Origin: an uncultured Clostridia bacterium
Lineage (GTDB): Bacteria; Bacillota; Clostridia; Christensenellales; UBA1242
Direction: 5' to 3'
Length of the DNA stretch: 64,000 bases
NCBI GenBank assembly: GCA_934746645.1
Contig: CAKVFE010000002.1
Location: 26,044 to 90,043 of the forward strand
A program made the position numbers and the translations under genes. Positions 29,117 to 38,353 of the stretch are shown here, one piece after another; position 1 is the stretch's first letter, and every line of letters begins with the position of its first letter. The notes under the pieces are model-generated. The model did no database searches. It saw only the letters and a list, made by a program, of their open reading frames with translations, and had not been told where the DNA came from.

Positions 29117-31240
29117 ATGAAACAATTATTTAATCCTAGACCAATATTTGTAGGATTTATAAGTTTAATATTAGGGATTGTGGCAACAGTTAATTTAGTA
29201 ATCAATAACTCTATAATCAATATTATAGTGTTTGTTTTTGCGTGCTTAGTATTAACTGGATTGATTATAGCTCTTATCTTTGGCGTTACTAAATTTAAAT
29301 TTCCTAAGATAAAAATCCTTGTGTTAGTATTTGGTATACTATTCTTAGCTTTTGGTGGAATAATAGGTAGTGCAGTCATTACAAAACCAGTTACTCAGTA
29401 TAGTGGTGAAGTCAATGTTAGTGGTAGAGTAACTAATATAAAAATATACAATAATGTGTATGTACTTCAGTTGGATAAAGTAAAAATTGAAGATACCAAA
29501 ACATCGTTTGATTTAGAACTTGTTGTGTTTGCTCGTGGTAGCAATTTTAATATCGTTACTGGCAATACAATAACTGGAAGTGTAGACATTTCAACTATTT
29601 TAAATAGTTCTCAAAATATGTATTATATCGCCAACAATTTAAGATATAAAGCGACATCTAATCTTGAACAAATATCTAGTGATAATAGTGTTGGTTGGAA
29701 ATATGTAATTAAACATAAAGTAAAAGATAATCTTGAAAAATTCCTTAATCCAACTAATGCAGATATAGCATATTCGATTATCTTTGGTGAAAAGGAAAAT
29801 ATGTCCAATGATACATACAAAGTATTTAGTTATTCGGGCATAGCACACATACTTGCAGTATCTGGTTTACATATCGGATTTTTAGTAACAATGTTGTTGT
29901 TAATTTTTAAATTGTTTAAAGTTAATCAACATATATCTAATGGTGTTATGATAGCAATATTGTTCTGCTATGCAAGTTTATGTGATTTTACACCTAGTGT
30001 TACAAGAGCAATAATAATGTCTATTGTGTTGATAATTGCAAAAACATATAGTTTTCAATATGATGGTCTAAACTCTATATCTGTAGCAGGATTAAGTATT
30101 TTGCTATTTAGTCCATTAAGTATTTATCTTGTCGGTTTTCAATTAAGTTTTCTTTGTGTTTTTAGTATTTTAGTTTTTGCCAATTCGTTTACCAACAAAT
30201 TTGTAAAGATGAAAGTACCAAATAAAATTGCCAATTCTATAGCTATATCATTGGCTGTTAATATTGGTGTTGCGTGTGTAATGCTTCAAAATTTTAAACA
30301 ATTAAGTCTTATATCTATACTATCCAATATGGTAGTTCTACCTATATTTTCTATTTGTTTTAGTACAATGTTTTTGGTTCTATTTTTGGGACTGCTTATT
30401 CCAGTCATCAACTATTTATTGATAGTACCCAATGTCTTGTTGCATTTTATACGACTGATAGCCAATGTGTTCTGTGATATCAATATTGTCAATTTTGAAG
30501 TAATGCATTTTAGTTATATTTTGGTTGTTATGGCATTAATAGCTTCTTATATTTATCATTTTGCATTAACCAAAATAAGTATTAGAAGAATTATTTGTAT
30601 TACAACTGCAGTCATTATAATCGCAGTAACATTTGCAATTAATATTCCGTTACATTTTAAAAATGATTATTGTATGGTTGGTGTAGATAGTGTAGGTAAT
30701 TATGCTTGTATTATCAACAATGATAAGCGAACATTAATAATCAATGATTTGTATAATTCGGAAGATATAATAGAAGATTTAAACAATGCTCGAATCAATC
30801 ATATTGACAACTTAGTTATAAGCAAATATAGCGTAAAACAAAAATCAATGGTAAATGAGCTTGTGTCAAAATATAATATAAAAGTACTTTATGTTGATAA
30901 TTATCTTGAAAATTCAATATATAGTTCGTTTAGTAAAAATGTATTTGTAAAAACAATCAGTGAAAACATAAATGTCGACAATATTAATATCCAATTTTTA
31001 AATAGTGTCAATGACAATTTTGGTGTGCAGGTTGATTTTGGCGATTATAAGTTTATGATACTTAACACCAATGTTACATTGTCCAAAATTAATTTGTATG
31101 TTGATAAATCACACTATGATTATATTATACTTTCAAAATCATTAAATTTAGATGATAATATAGATTGTGATTGTATAATCAACCGAAACAATATAGACAA
31201 TTATAAAGATAAAAATATTTTAAGTCTGGACTTTAACTAG
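29117..31240 (+). CDS. comEC: DNA internalization-related competence protein ComEC/Rec2
   Basis: 707 aa, polytopic. SGIAHILAVSGLHIGFL is the ComEC competence-domain motif. Sits upstream of holA, as in Bacillus. Confidence 0.85.
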   Translation: MKQLFNPRPIFVGFISLILGIVATVNLVINNSIINIIVFVFACLVLTGLIIALIFGVTKFKFPKIKILVLVFGILFLAFGGIIGSAVITKPVTQYSGEVNVSGRVTNIKIYNNVYVLQLDKVKIEDTKTSFDLELVVFARGSNFNIVTGNTITGSVDISTILNSSQNMYYIANNLRYKATSNLEQISSDNSVGWKYVIKHKVKDNLEKFLNPTNADIAYSIIFGEKENMSNDTYKVFSYSGIAHILAVSGLHIGFLVTMLLLIFKLFKVNQHISNGVMIAILFCYASLCDFTPSVTRAIIMSIVLIIAKTYSFQYDGLNSISVAGLSILLFSPLSIYLVGFQLSFLCVFSILVFANSFTNKFVKMKVPNKIANSIAISLAVNIGVACVMLQNFKQLSLISILSNMVVLPIFSICFSTMFLVLFLGLLIPVINYLLIVPNVLLHFIRLIANVFCDINIVNFEVMHFSYILVVMALIASYIYHFALTKISIRRIICITTAVIIIAVTFAINIPLHFKNDYCMVGVDSVGNYACIINNDKRTLIINDLYNSEDIIEDLNNARINHIDNLVISKYSVKQKSMVNELVSKYNIKVLYVDNYLENSIYSSFSKNVFVKTISENINVDNINIQFLNSVNDNFGVQVDFGDYKFMILNTNVTLSKINLYVDKSHYDYIILSKSLNLDDNIDCDCIINRNNIDNYKDKNILSLDFN

Positions 31241-31272
31241 ACTAAATTTTTGAAAATGAGTATACTTAAATT

Positions 31273-32241
31273 ATGAAATATGTTGAATTAAAAAATTCTT
31301 TAAAAACCAATATTTGTAACAATTATCTGTTGTTTGGGGCAGATGAATTTTTGCTAAACAAAAGTGTTGAACTTATTTTTAATGCTTTACATATCAATGT
31401 CGTAGATATGAACTATCAAAAATTTTTAGGCGAAAATCTTGATTATGCTGATGTGGTAAAAGCACTAGAAACAATGCCAGTATTTGATGAAAAAAAATTG
31501 GTTGTTGTTTATCTAAACATAAAGACAAGTACAACCAATCTTAACCAGTTGTCAGCATATTTAAAAAATCCTAATCCACAAAGTGTGCTTATATTGGTAG
31601 TAGGAGATAACATTGCAGATGTTAAGTCTATTGAATCCAAATTTGAAAAAGTTGATTGTAATAGACTTACTGAAGAAGTTGTTAATAGATTTGTTTTGAG
31701 CGAACTTAAAAAATCCAACACCAATATAACAGCAAGTGCTTTAAAAACTCTTAATGAATACTGTGTATATGACTTAACAAAAATAGTTAATGAAGTAACA
31801 AAATTGGTAAGTTATGTTAGTGATAAAAAACTTATTGAAGAGAAAGATGTAAAAAATCTTGTCAACAAAACAGTAGAATTTCAAATATACGAACTTACTG
31901 AAAATCTTGCTAAAAAGAATAAAAATAGGGTATTTGAAATACTTGATACATTGAAAGCAAAAAAAGATGTTTATCGTACAATAATGCCACTTATCTACAA
32001 CCATTTTAGAAGATTGTTTTATGTGGCTGTTTCAAAAGAAGCTAAGAGTGAATTGGGTATTATGCTAGGGGTAAAAGATTATGCGATTACTGTGGCATAT
32101 AAGCAAAGTAAAATGTTTACAAAATTGCAACTTAAAAATATACTTGATTGTATGGAACAACTAGATTATGAGTTAAAAACTAGTGCAATCTCAAACGAAC
32201 TTGCAATAGATTATTTAGTATTAAAAATACTTAACTACTAA
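31273..32241 (+). CDS. holA: DNA polymerase III delta subunit
   Basis: 322 aa. The N-terminus YLLFGADEFLLNK is typical of HolA. comEC-holA-rpsT synteny supports the call. Confidence 0.75.
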   Translation: MKYVELKNSLKTNICNNYLLFGADEFLLNKSVELIFNALHINVVDMNYQKFLGENLDYADVVKALETMPVFDEKKLVVVYLNIKTSTTNLNQLSAYLKNPNPQSVLILVVGDNIADVKSIESKFEKVDCNRLTEEVVNRFVLSELKKSNTNITASALKTLNEYCVYDLTKIVNEVTKLVSYVSDKKLIEEKDVKNLVNKTVEFQIYELTENLAKKNKNRVFEILDTLKAKKDVYRTIMPLIYNHFRRLFYVAVSKEAKSELGIMLGVKDYAITVAYKQSKMFTKLQLKNILDCMEQLDYELKTSAISNELAIDYLVLKILNY

Positions 32242-32320
32242 ACTTATAATTTTTACATTAATTAATTGATACAATAGTTAAAAATTAAATCAAATAAAGC
32301 AATATTTACAAATTATTTAC

Positions 32321-32349
32321 TTGCAATAATCATATTAATGTGCTAAAAT
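32321..32349 (+). promoter_or_regulatory. sigmaA-type promoter with extended -10
   Basis: TTGCAA, a 17-nt spacer, then TGcTAAAAT, about 45 nt upstream of rpsT. Confidence 0.5.
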
Positions 32350-32394
32350 ATTGCAGATTTTAAAAATATCAAATATATTTCAAGGAGAAAACAA

Positions 32395-32901
32395 GTGGCA
32401 AACATTAAATCAGCAAAGAAACGTATTAAAGTTATAGATCGCCAAAAAGCAGAAAACAAATTTGTTAAAGCTACTATTGCAACTTACACAAAGAAGTTTA
32501 GAGCATTAGTTGAAGAAGGCAAGTTTGATGAAGCTGAGGCTAAACTTAAAGAAACTATTAGCTTAATCGACAGTGCTGAGTCTAAAGGTATTCTTCATAA
32601 AAATAATGCTTCTAGAAAAGTTGGCAGATTATCTTATGCTTTAGCTAAAGCAAGATTTGAAGCTAAACCTGTAGAAGAAGTTGAAGAAAAACCAGCTAAG
32701 ACAGAAGCTAAAGTTGAAGAAGTTAAAGAAGTTCCTGTTGCTAAAAAAGCTCCAGCTAAAAAGACAACTGCTAAAAAAGCAGAAGTTGCTGAAGAAAAAC
32801 CAGCTAAAAAAGCAACAAAAACAGTAGCAAAGAAAGAAACTAAAGCAGAAGAAAAACCTGCTAAAAAGACAGCTACAAAGAAAACAGCTAAAGCTGAATA
32901 A
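32395..32901 (+). CDS. rpsT: 30S ribosomal protein S20 with an ~80-aa Lys/Ala/Glu-rich C-terminal extension
   Basis: GTG start after AAGGAGA. MANIKSAKKRIKV... is canonical S20 for about 88 aa. A tail follows with EEKPAKK-type repeats. Confidence 0.9.
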   Translation: MANIKSAKKRIKVIDRQKAENKFVKATIATYTKKFRALVEEGKFDEAEAKLKETISLIDSAESKGILHKNNASRKVGRLSYALAKARFEAKPVEEVEEKPAKTEAKVEEVKEVPVAKKAPAKKTTAKKAEVAEEKPAKKATKTVAKKETKAEEKPAKKTATKKTAKAE

Positions 32902-32912
32902 TTAGTATTAAA

Positions 32913-32946
32913 AAAGAAGACTTAAATTTTAAGCCTTCTTTTTTTA
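32913..32946. terminator. Rho-independent (bidirectional) terminator
   Basis: AGAAGACTTA/TAAGCCTTCT stem plus a T-run. Near-identical to 14393-14427. Confidence 0.55.
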
Positions 32947-32959
32947 TTGTTAATTTAGT

Positions 32960-33187
32960 TTAAGCACAAGCAAGCTCAATAGTCCATTGGCATTGCATTA
33001 GTTTTACTAAAAGTTTATTGAGTAAATTGTTGAGTTTTAATATTTGATACTTAATACCTTTTGACTGTTTAGACTTAGGTATAGAGTATGCCTTTTCAAG
33101 TTTGGTATGGAGTTCTTCACATTGTAATAATAATTGTATGTAGTTTTTTATGTATTTATCTTTATGATTTTTTGTGCATTTGTTCAT
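32960..33187 (-). CDS. Small helical hypothetical protein
   Basis: 75 aa. Strong SD GGGAGGA 7 nt upstream of the ATG. No family recognised; it lacks the Spo0E SQxLD motif. Confidence 0.4.
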   Translation of the reverse strand: MNKCTKNHKDKYIKNYIQLLLQCEELHTKLEKAYSIPKSKQSKGIKYQILKLNNLLNKLLVKLMQCQWTIELACA

Positions 33188-33406
33188 ATATATCCTCCCT
33201 TGTTTTTCTACATTATAAATCGGATATTTGGACTTTTCAATGATTTATGTCGATATTTTTCCTAGATATTTTTTATGGTAGACAAAATATTTTTTGTTAT
33301 GTCAATGTACGACAAAATACCCCAAATTTTTACTTCGATAATATTGCATAAATGAACATTTGTTGTATTATTTTATGTTTTTGTCGAACAATAACTAAGG
33401 GGTAGT

Positions 33407-34198
33407 ATGACAGAATTAATCAATGAAAGTAGTGACCAAAATGTATTAAAGGGAAGACTATATAAATTAAAATACAATATTACCAAACAGAAGTTTAAAG
33501 AAGACGAAAAAACATATTTGTTGTATAGTATACCCAATGTAATTGGAGCAATAACTCAAGAAAAAGAATATATAATAGATAAGTTAGGTGATAGTTTAAA
33601 ACGCTTTTTAAATGGTACTAATAAAGTCCTTGTTGTTGGACTAGGTAATAGGCATATAAGGTCAGATAGCTTTGGTACAGAATGTATCAATAAAGTTATT
33701 GCTACTAGACATCTAATCAATAGTAAAAGAGAAGTAAGCGTTATTGGCCCTAGTGTTTTTGGTTTGACTGGTATAGAAAGTGCAGACATAATAAAAAGTG
33801 TGTGCGATTTAGTTAAACCTGATGCTGTGCTTCTTATAGACACTTTATGTGCCAATGATTACAATAATCTAATAACCAATATACAAATATCAGATGATGG
33901 TTTTAGACCGGGTGCAGGTGTTGGAAATATGCGAAAACATATCAATCATACTACTCTAAATACAAGGACAATATCTATAGGAGTCCCTTTGGTAGTATAT
34001 GCAAAAACTTTAGTAGATAATGCTGTTGGAGAAAATCAAAATATAAAATTAAAAGATAAATTATTTGAGAATTTGGTCGTAACAACAAAAGATGTTGATG
34101 TGGTCATAAACAAATTGTCATATATTATTTCTTCTTCCATTAATCTTGCTCTCAATGATTATAGTTTGGCTGAGCAAAACATAATACTGGATAATTAA
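33407..34198 (+). CDS. gpr: Spore germination protease GPR (short form)
   Basis: 263 aa. VLVVGLGNRHIRSDSFG...ATRHL matches the GPR core (GLGN...TPD..GP...TRH). rpsT-gpr adjacency is as in Bacillus. Confidence 0.7.
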   Translation: MTELINESSDQNVLKGRLYKLKYNITKQKFKEDEKTYLLYSIPNVIGAITQEKEYIIDKLGDSLKRFLNGTNKVLVVGLGNRHIRSDSFGTECINKVIATRHLINSKREVSVIGPSVFGLTGIESADIIKSVCDLVKPDAVLLIDTLCANDYNNLITNIQISDDGFRPGAGVGNMRKHINHTTLNTRTISIGVPLVVYAKTLVDNAVGENQNIKLKDKLFENLVVTTKDVDVVINKLSYIISSSINLALNDYSLAEQNIILDN

Positions 34199-34340
34199 GT
34201 TTGATATTCAATCTAACTTATTTAAAATAAGAGTAATAACGAAAATCTTTATGTGGGTATTAGTATTATATTAGTAGATAATTTATAGAATATAAAATAT
34301 AAAAAAGACTCTTTGTTGTGTAGAGTCTTTTTATTATAAA

Positions 34341-35072
34341 TTATTCTTTTGTTTGTTCTTCTGTATTTTCTTGTATTGTAGTATTATTTTTCTTTTTTCT
34401 ATATATATTAAAATAATCAAATATTGCCATAGTTGCAACTGACAAAGCAACTACCAATATTCCTGTAAACCACCAAGTAAGGATTGTTCCTTCAAGTAGT
34501 GGAGTGGTTATGTTCATAGCACTGGTATGTCCAACTGCGTCTAATAGGAATAATCCGTAAGTCATAACACAAGCCAAACCTAGTGGTAAGTAATACCATT
34601 TTTTAAGTGTTGGTACAAAGTATTTTGTTATAACCATAATTAAAACTAGATAGAACATTATTGTGTGATGTAACAGTCCAGAAATTGTTGCAGGGTATAA
34701 GAATGATTGATTTTGACCTAAGAAATCTGGATAAATAAGAGTAATCAATCCTCCAATAAATCCAAGGTAACATATAAAGTGGAAAAACCAATTATCTTTT
34801 TTGCCAACAAGTACACTAATAGATAATAGTAGACTTGACAATCCACAGAATGAGTTAGGTATCATATGTATCCAACTACCTTTGTTGATTGTGATACATA
34901 TTCTGTTCCACAATATTGCAAGTAACAATGCACCAGCAATAGATTTAATAACAATAGTTAATGTCTTTTCGTTTTTAACAAATTTTAATATACAATATGT
35001 GCCTACAACTGCTAATACAAGAAAAATAGCAAGATATGTTAGATGTTGCCATCCAAATACTTTTGGATACAT
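34341..35072 (-). CDS. Polytopic membrane protein (YwaF/TIGR02206-like, tentative)
   Basis: 243 aa with about 7 TM. The N-terminus FGWQHLTYLAIFLVLAVVG resembles YwaF-type proteins. Confidence 0.4.
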   Translation of the reverse strand: MYPKVFGWQHLTYLAIFLVLAVVGTYCILKFVKNEKTLTIVIKSIAGALLLAILWNRICITINKGSWIHMIPNSFCGLSSLLLSISVLVGKKDNWFFHFICYLGFIGGLITLIYPDFLGQNQSFLYPATISGLLHHTIMFYLVLIMVITKYFVPTLKKWYYLPLGLACVMTYGLFLLDAVGHTSAMNITTPLLEGTILTWWFTGILVVALSVATMAIFDYFNIYRKKKNNTTIQENTEEQTKE

Positions 35073-35203
35073 ATATCCCTCCTTATAAATACATTCTAGT
35101 ATATCATATCAACTTAAAAGTTCTAAATATTTTTAAGTGTTTTGTTATTTGCTTTTTAAATTTTTGATTTTGTGCTTTAATATTATATGTGAAAGGAGAA
35201 TGT

Positions 35204-35614
35204 ATGGAAACATTAAAAGCTGGTTGTTATTTGTTGGACAAAAACAATATGAAGATAGGTTTAATATATAGAGAAAAACTTAACGATTATTCATTTCCAA
35301 AAGGACATTTGGAAAACCTAGAATCACTTATGCAATGTGCTATAAGAGAAACTGCAGAAGAAACAAAACGAGATTGTGTTATTGTAGATAGTATTCCACC
35401 TATTATAGATAGGTATACTACACCTAAGGGCGAACAATGTGTATGTTATATGTTTGTGGCTATAGACATAGGCAAAAGTGATAATGACTCTCTTGACACT
35501 CACGAACTTATTTGGGTTGACATAGACAAAGTAGAATCTATACTATCTTATGATGACCTTAAAAAGCATTGGTTAATAGCTAAAGAAAAAATATTGGAAT
35601 ATGTAAAGGATTGA
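35204..35614 (+). CDS. NUDIX hydrolase
   Basis: Start moved to the ATG at 35204 (SD AGGAG). The Nudix box GHLENLESLMQCAIRETAEET fits Gx5Ex7REUxEExGU. Confidence 0.8.
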   Translation: METLKAGCYLLDKNNMKIGLIYREKLNDYSFPKGHLENLESLMQCAIRETAEETKRDCVIVDSIPPIIDRYTTPKGEQCVCYMFVAIDIGKSDNDSLDTHELIWVDIDKVESILSYDDLKKHWLIAKEKILEYVKD

Positions 35615-35618
35615 TATT

Positions 35619-36470
35619 ATGACAGATGAAGTAATCAAATTTGAAAATGGTGACGAATATATAGGTGGTGTAGACAATGGTATGTTTAATGGCAAAGGTA
35701 AGTTTACACTAGTAGAAGGTATTGTGTATGAAGGCAACTTTACCAATGGTGTGTTAAAAGGACAAGCAAAAATAACATATCCTAATGGCAATTATTATGA
35801 AGGCGAAGTATGTATTGGTGACCCTAATGTAACCGAATATGAAAGCAAGGGTAAGTACACAACTACAGATGGTACAACTTTTGAAGGTACATTTAAGAAT
35901 GCTACACTTAACGGAAATTGTACTGTTAAATTTGTGACAGGCGAAGTCTATGTTGGCGAAATTAAAAATGGACTTTTTGATGGACAAGGTAAACTTGTAT
36001 ATAATGGCTCAATATATGAAGGACATTTTAAGTCTGGCAATCTTGATGGAAAAGGTACTATAACATATCCTAATGGTAACTACTATAAAGGCGATGTTAA
36101 GGACAATGCTCCTAACGGAAAAGGTTATATGACTTATGGTAAAAATAGTTATGATGGTGAGTTTGTAGACGGTATTAGAGAAGGTAAGGGAACATACAAA
36201 TTTGAACAAGGCTCAGTGTATACTGGAGAGTTTAAAAATGATATGTTTGATGGTGTTGGCGAAATCATCAATCCAGACGGAACAGAGTATAAAGGTACAT
36301 TTAAGAGTGGTCAATTTGATGGACACGGTCAATACAAATTTGCTACTGGCGAAGTATATGATGGTGGTTTTAAAATGGGACAACTTGTAGGTACCGGAAC
36401 AATCACAACTAAAGATGGAATAGTTAAAAAATGTGTGTGCGAAAAAGGACTTGTAAAGATAGTAGAATAA
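35619..36470 (+). CDS. MORN-repeat protein
   Basis: 283 aa made almost entirely of YxGxfxnGxxxGxGxxxyxnG repeats (more than 10 copies). Starts 4 nt after the NUDIX gene. Confidence 0.85.
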   Translation: MTDEVIKFENGDEYIGGVDNGMFNGKGKFTLVEGIVYEGNFTNGVLKGQAKITYPNGNYYEGEVCIGDPNVTEYESKGKYTTTDGTTFEGTFKNATLNGNCTVKFVTGEVYVGEIKNGLFDGQGKLVYNGSIYEGHFKSGNLDGKGTITYPNGNYYKGDVKDNAPNGKGYMTYGKNSYDGEFVDGIREGKGTYKFEQGSVYTGEFKNDMFDGVGEIINPDGTEYKGTFKSGQFDGHGQYKFATGEVYDGGFKMGQLVGTGTITTKDGIVKKCVCEKGLVKIVE

Positions 36471-36612
36471 TTGTTTTATAATAAATTATTAAAAATAAAA
36501 CAAATATTTTATGTACTATGCATAAGTTAAGTATTAATATGTTAATATTTGCTTAATTTAGGAGATTATTGACATTTTGAATAGTACTAATAATTTACAC
36601 AATTAATAATAA

Positions 36613-36641
36613 AAAAGACCATAATTAAATGGTCTTTTTTT
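36613..36641 (+). terminator. Rho-independent terminator
   Basis: AAGACCAT/ATGGTCTT stem plus a T-run. Confidence 0.6.
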
Positions 36642-36768
36642 AGTGCTTTAATTTTTGAATTTAAGATTATTATTAAATAAATAATTAATGATTTAAAATA
36701 TTTTGTAAGCTATATTTACTTATATTTAGATTTAAAATAAAGTAGTTTTAATATTGAATATATAAAGT

Positions 36769-37134
36769 TTATTGTTGATGAATTTTTATTTCTCTATTAA
36801 TCCATTCCATAATAATTTCTACTACAAAATCAATTTCTTTTTGTGTTAATGGACGATCCAATGGAATGTTATACCATTTGCTTAGACAGCCTCTACAACA
36901 AGTCGCTGTTGCGTGTTGAGCAATAAAAACAGGGTGACCATGCATAGGTGTCTGCTTGCCATCATTAGTAGGGTTGAGTGGTGCAAGTTTTTTTGTTATA
37001 AAATCGTAAGCGTGACTTTTTATAGTATCTATAGATTTTTGTTCTATGTATTTAAAATCACTTTCTTTTAGATGAAAACTTGACCTAAATTTTGATTTAT
37101 TAAGTTTGTCTAAATATAAATTTATTAGTTCCAT
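36769..37134 (-). CDS. Small Cys-motif protein, DUF4186-like
   Basis: 121 aa. HGHPVFIAQHATATCCRGCLSKWYNIP resembles the DUF4186 signature as I recall it. Confidence 0.45.
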   Translation of the reverse strand: MELINLYLDKLNKSKFRSSFHLKESDFKYIEQKSIDTIKSHAYDFITKKLAPLNPTNDGKQTPMHGHPVFIAQHATATCCRGCLSKWYNIPLDRPLTQKEIDFVVEIIMEWINREIKIHQQ

Positions 37135-37261
37135 AATTACCCATATTTTACAACTCTAAATTTTAATATACAACATATTTTATGAAAATAATTATTATTT
37201 TTATTAATTCTTTACATTGAGAATTTTATGTAATTTATTGTAATAATACAATATTAAAAAT

Positions 37262-37294
37262 AAAAAAAGACACAAATCTAATTGTGTCTTTTTA
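37262..37294 (-). terminator. Rho-independent terminator of paralog 1
   Basis: AAGACACAA/TTGTGTCTT stem. The A-run on the plus strand gives the T-run on the minus strand. Confidence 0.55.
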
Positions 37295-37299
37295 TCTGA

Positions 37300-37926
37300 T
37301 TATGATATATGTAGTTTACTTGTTTTTTCTTCTAAATACTCATTGTATTTTTTTTGTTCCAAATTGGTAAGCTTATCAACAAATGCTTTTTGCTGTTGAT
37401 TTAGTTTATTGTACTTTTCGTTAGGAGCCCAACTATCTTCAAAATATATGCGTTTGTGATGTCCACGCCAAGTTTGTTTAATTTCGTTGCCTAATGCGTG
37501 ATACATAAGTTGTAAAAATTTATATTCGTTGGTTTCATTTTCTTGTTCGTTTAATTTAGAATTTGATACGCCTTTTATTTTTGCAACAGGGCATATAGTA
37601 CCACTAGAATATCTTTGACCAACTTTATCAGCGTGAGCTTGTGCCATTTGATATACATATTTTCCTAGTCCAGTACCTTGATAATCATAACGAGTTATAA
37701 AGTATTCGATATAACAGTTGTTGCAATCTAGGTCATATTCGATAGATGTTGCTGGACGCATATAATCGTCTTCGTCCAATAATACTATTTGATATTTTCT
37801 TTGTCTTATTTCGTTAATTGTAAACCAAGCAACAAAAGACCTGTTTGCTTTTGGAACAAAAACGATTCTTGCTATAGAATCTTTGTCATTGGATTTTATG
37901 GTGTCTAAAACTTCTTCTAATGTCAT
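37300..37926 (-). CDS. GNAT-motif paralog 1 (208 aa)
   Basis: Start moved to the ATG at 37926 (AGGAG 7 nt upstream; the N-terminus MTLEEV matches paralog 5, MTLEEL). Motifs: YDYQGTGLGKYVYQMAQAHAD, ICPVAKIKGVS, FLQLMYHALGN. Confidence 0.8.
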   Translation of the reverse strand: MTLEEVLDTIKSNDKDSIARIVFVPKANRSFVAWFTINEIRQRKYQIVLLDEDDYMRPATSIEYDLDCNNCYIEYFITRYDYQGTGLGKYVYQMAQAHADKVGQRYSSGTICPVAKIKGVSNSKLNEQENETNEYKFLQLMYHALGNEIKQTWRGHHKRIYFEDSWAPNEKYNKLNQQQKAFVDKLTNLEQKKYNEYLEEKTSKLHIS

Positions 37927-37958
37927 TATAGAACTCCTAATCAATTAATTACATATTT

Positions 37959-37987
37959 ATTATATCATATAATTGTCCATTTGTACA
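37959..37987 (-). promoter_or_regulatory. sigmaA-type promoter of paralog 1 (a duplicate of the paralog 5 promoter)
   Basis: Minus strand: TGTACA, a 17-nt spacer, then TGaTATAAT. The block TGGGTATGTACAAATGGACA...ATATGATAT is shared with 41047-41084. Confidence 0.5.
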
Positions 37988-38016
37988 TACCCAACTTAAA
38001 AGTGTTGCGATGATAA

Positions 38017-38320
38017 TATAAACTATATGATGTTGATTTACTCACTATGTTCGTAAATCAAGTTGCTAATCGCAACAACCATTGCTACACAATGGATACA
38101 TAGTTTTGATTCGGCGTCAGTTTATGTTAAATGCCACTCCGTGTCGCTTGCATAAACTTCCTTGAGTATAAACTATGTGATGTTGTATTGTTCACTTTGT
38201 TCACAACACAAGTTGCTAATCGCAATTCCACGATAAATCGTGTCATCACAGTTTGAATAAACATCAGTTATACGAAAATATTGCTTTGCACTGCTTTAGT
38301 CTAACTTCCGATAATATAAA
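38017..38320 (+). repeat. A-B pair of the ~150-nt multi-hairpin element (units 38017-38166 and 38167-~38320)
   Basis: Near-identical to units A and B at 3984-4281, differing only by a few point changes. Lies between paralogs 2 and 1, in the antisense orientation to them. Confidence 0.9.
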
Positions 38321-38350
38321 AAAGACTAAGCAATTTTACTTAGTCTTTTA
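38317..38350 (-). terminator. Rho-independent terminator after paralog 2
   Basis: AAAGACTAAG/CTTAGTCTTT 10-bp stem flanked by A- and T-runs. Confidence 0.6.
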
Positions 38351-38353
38351 TTA

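Noticed and set aside
33188-33406. SigmaF/sigmaG promoter for gpr
   Set aside because: A GCATA element is present, but there is no properly spaced CATnnTA-type -10. It was not reported as a feature.
36471-36612. SD-like AGGAG at ~36561 suggesting a small gene before the terminator
   Set aside because: The downstream frames give only 3-9 codons. It is more likely a 3' UTR of the MORN gene.
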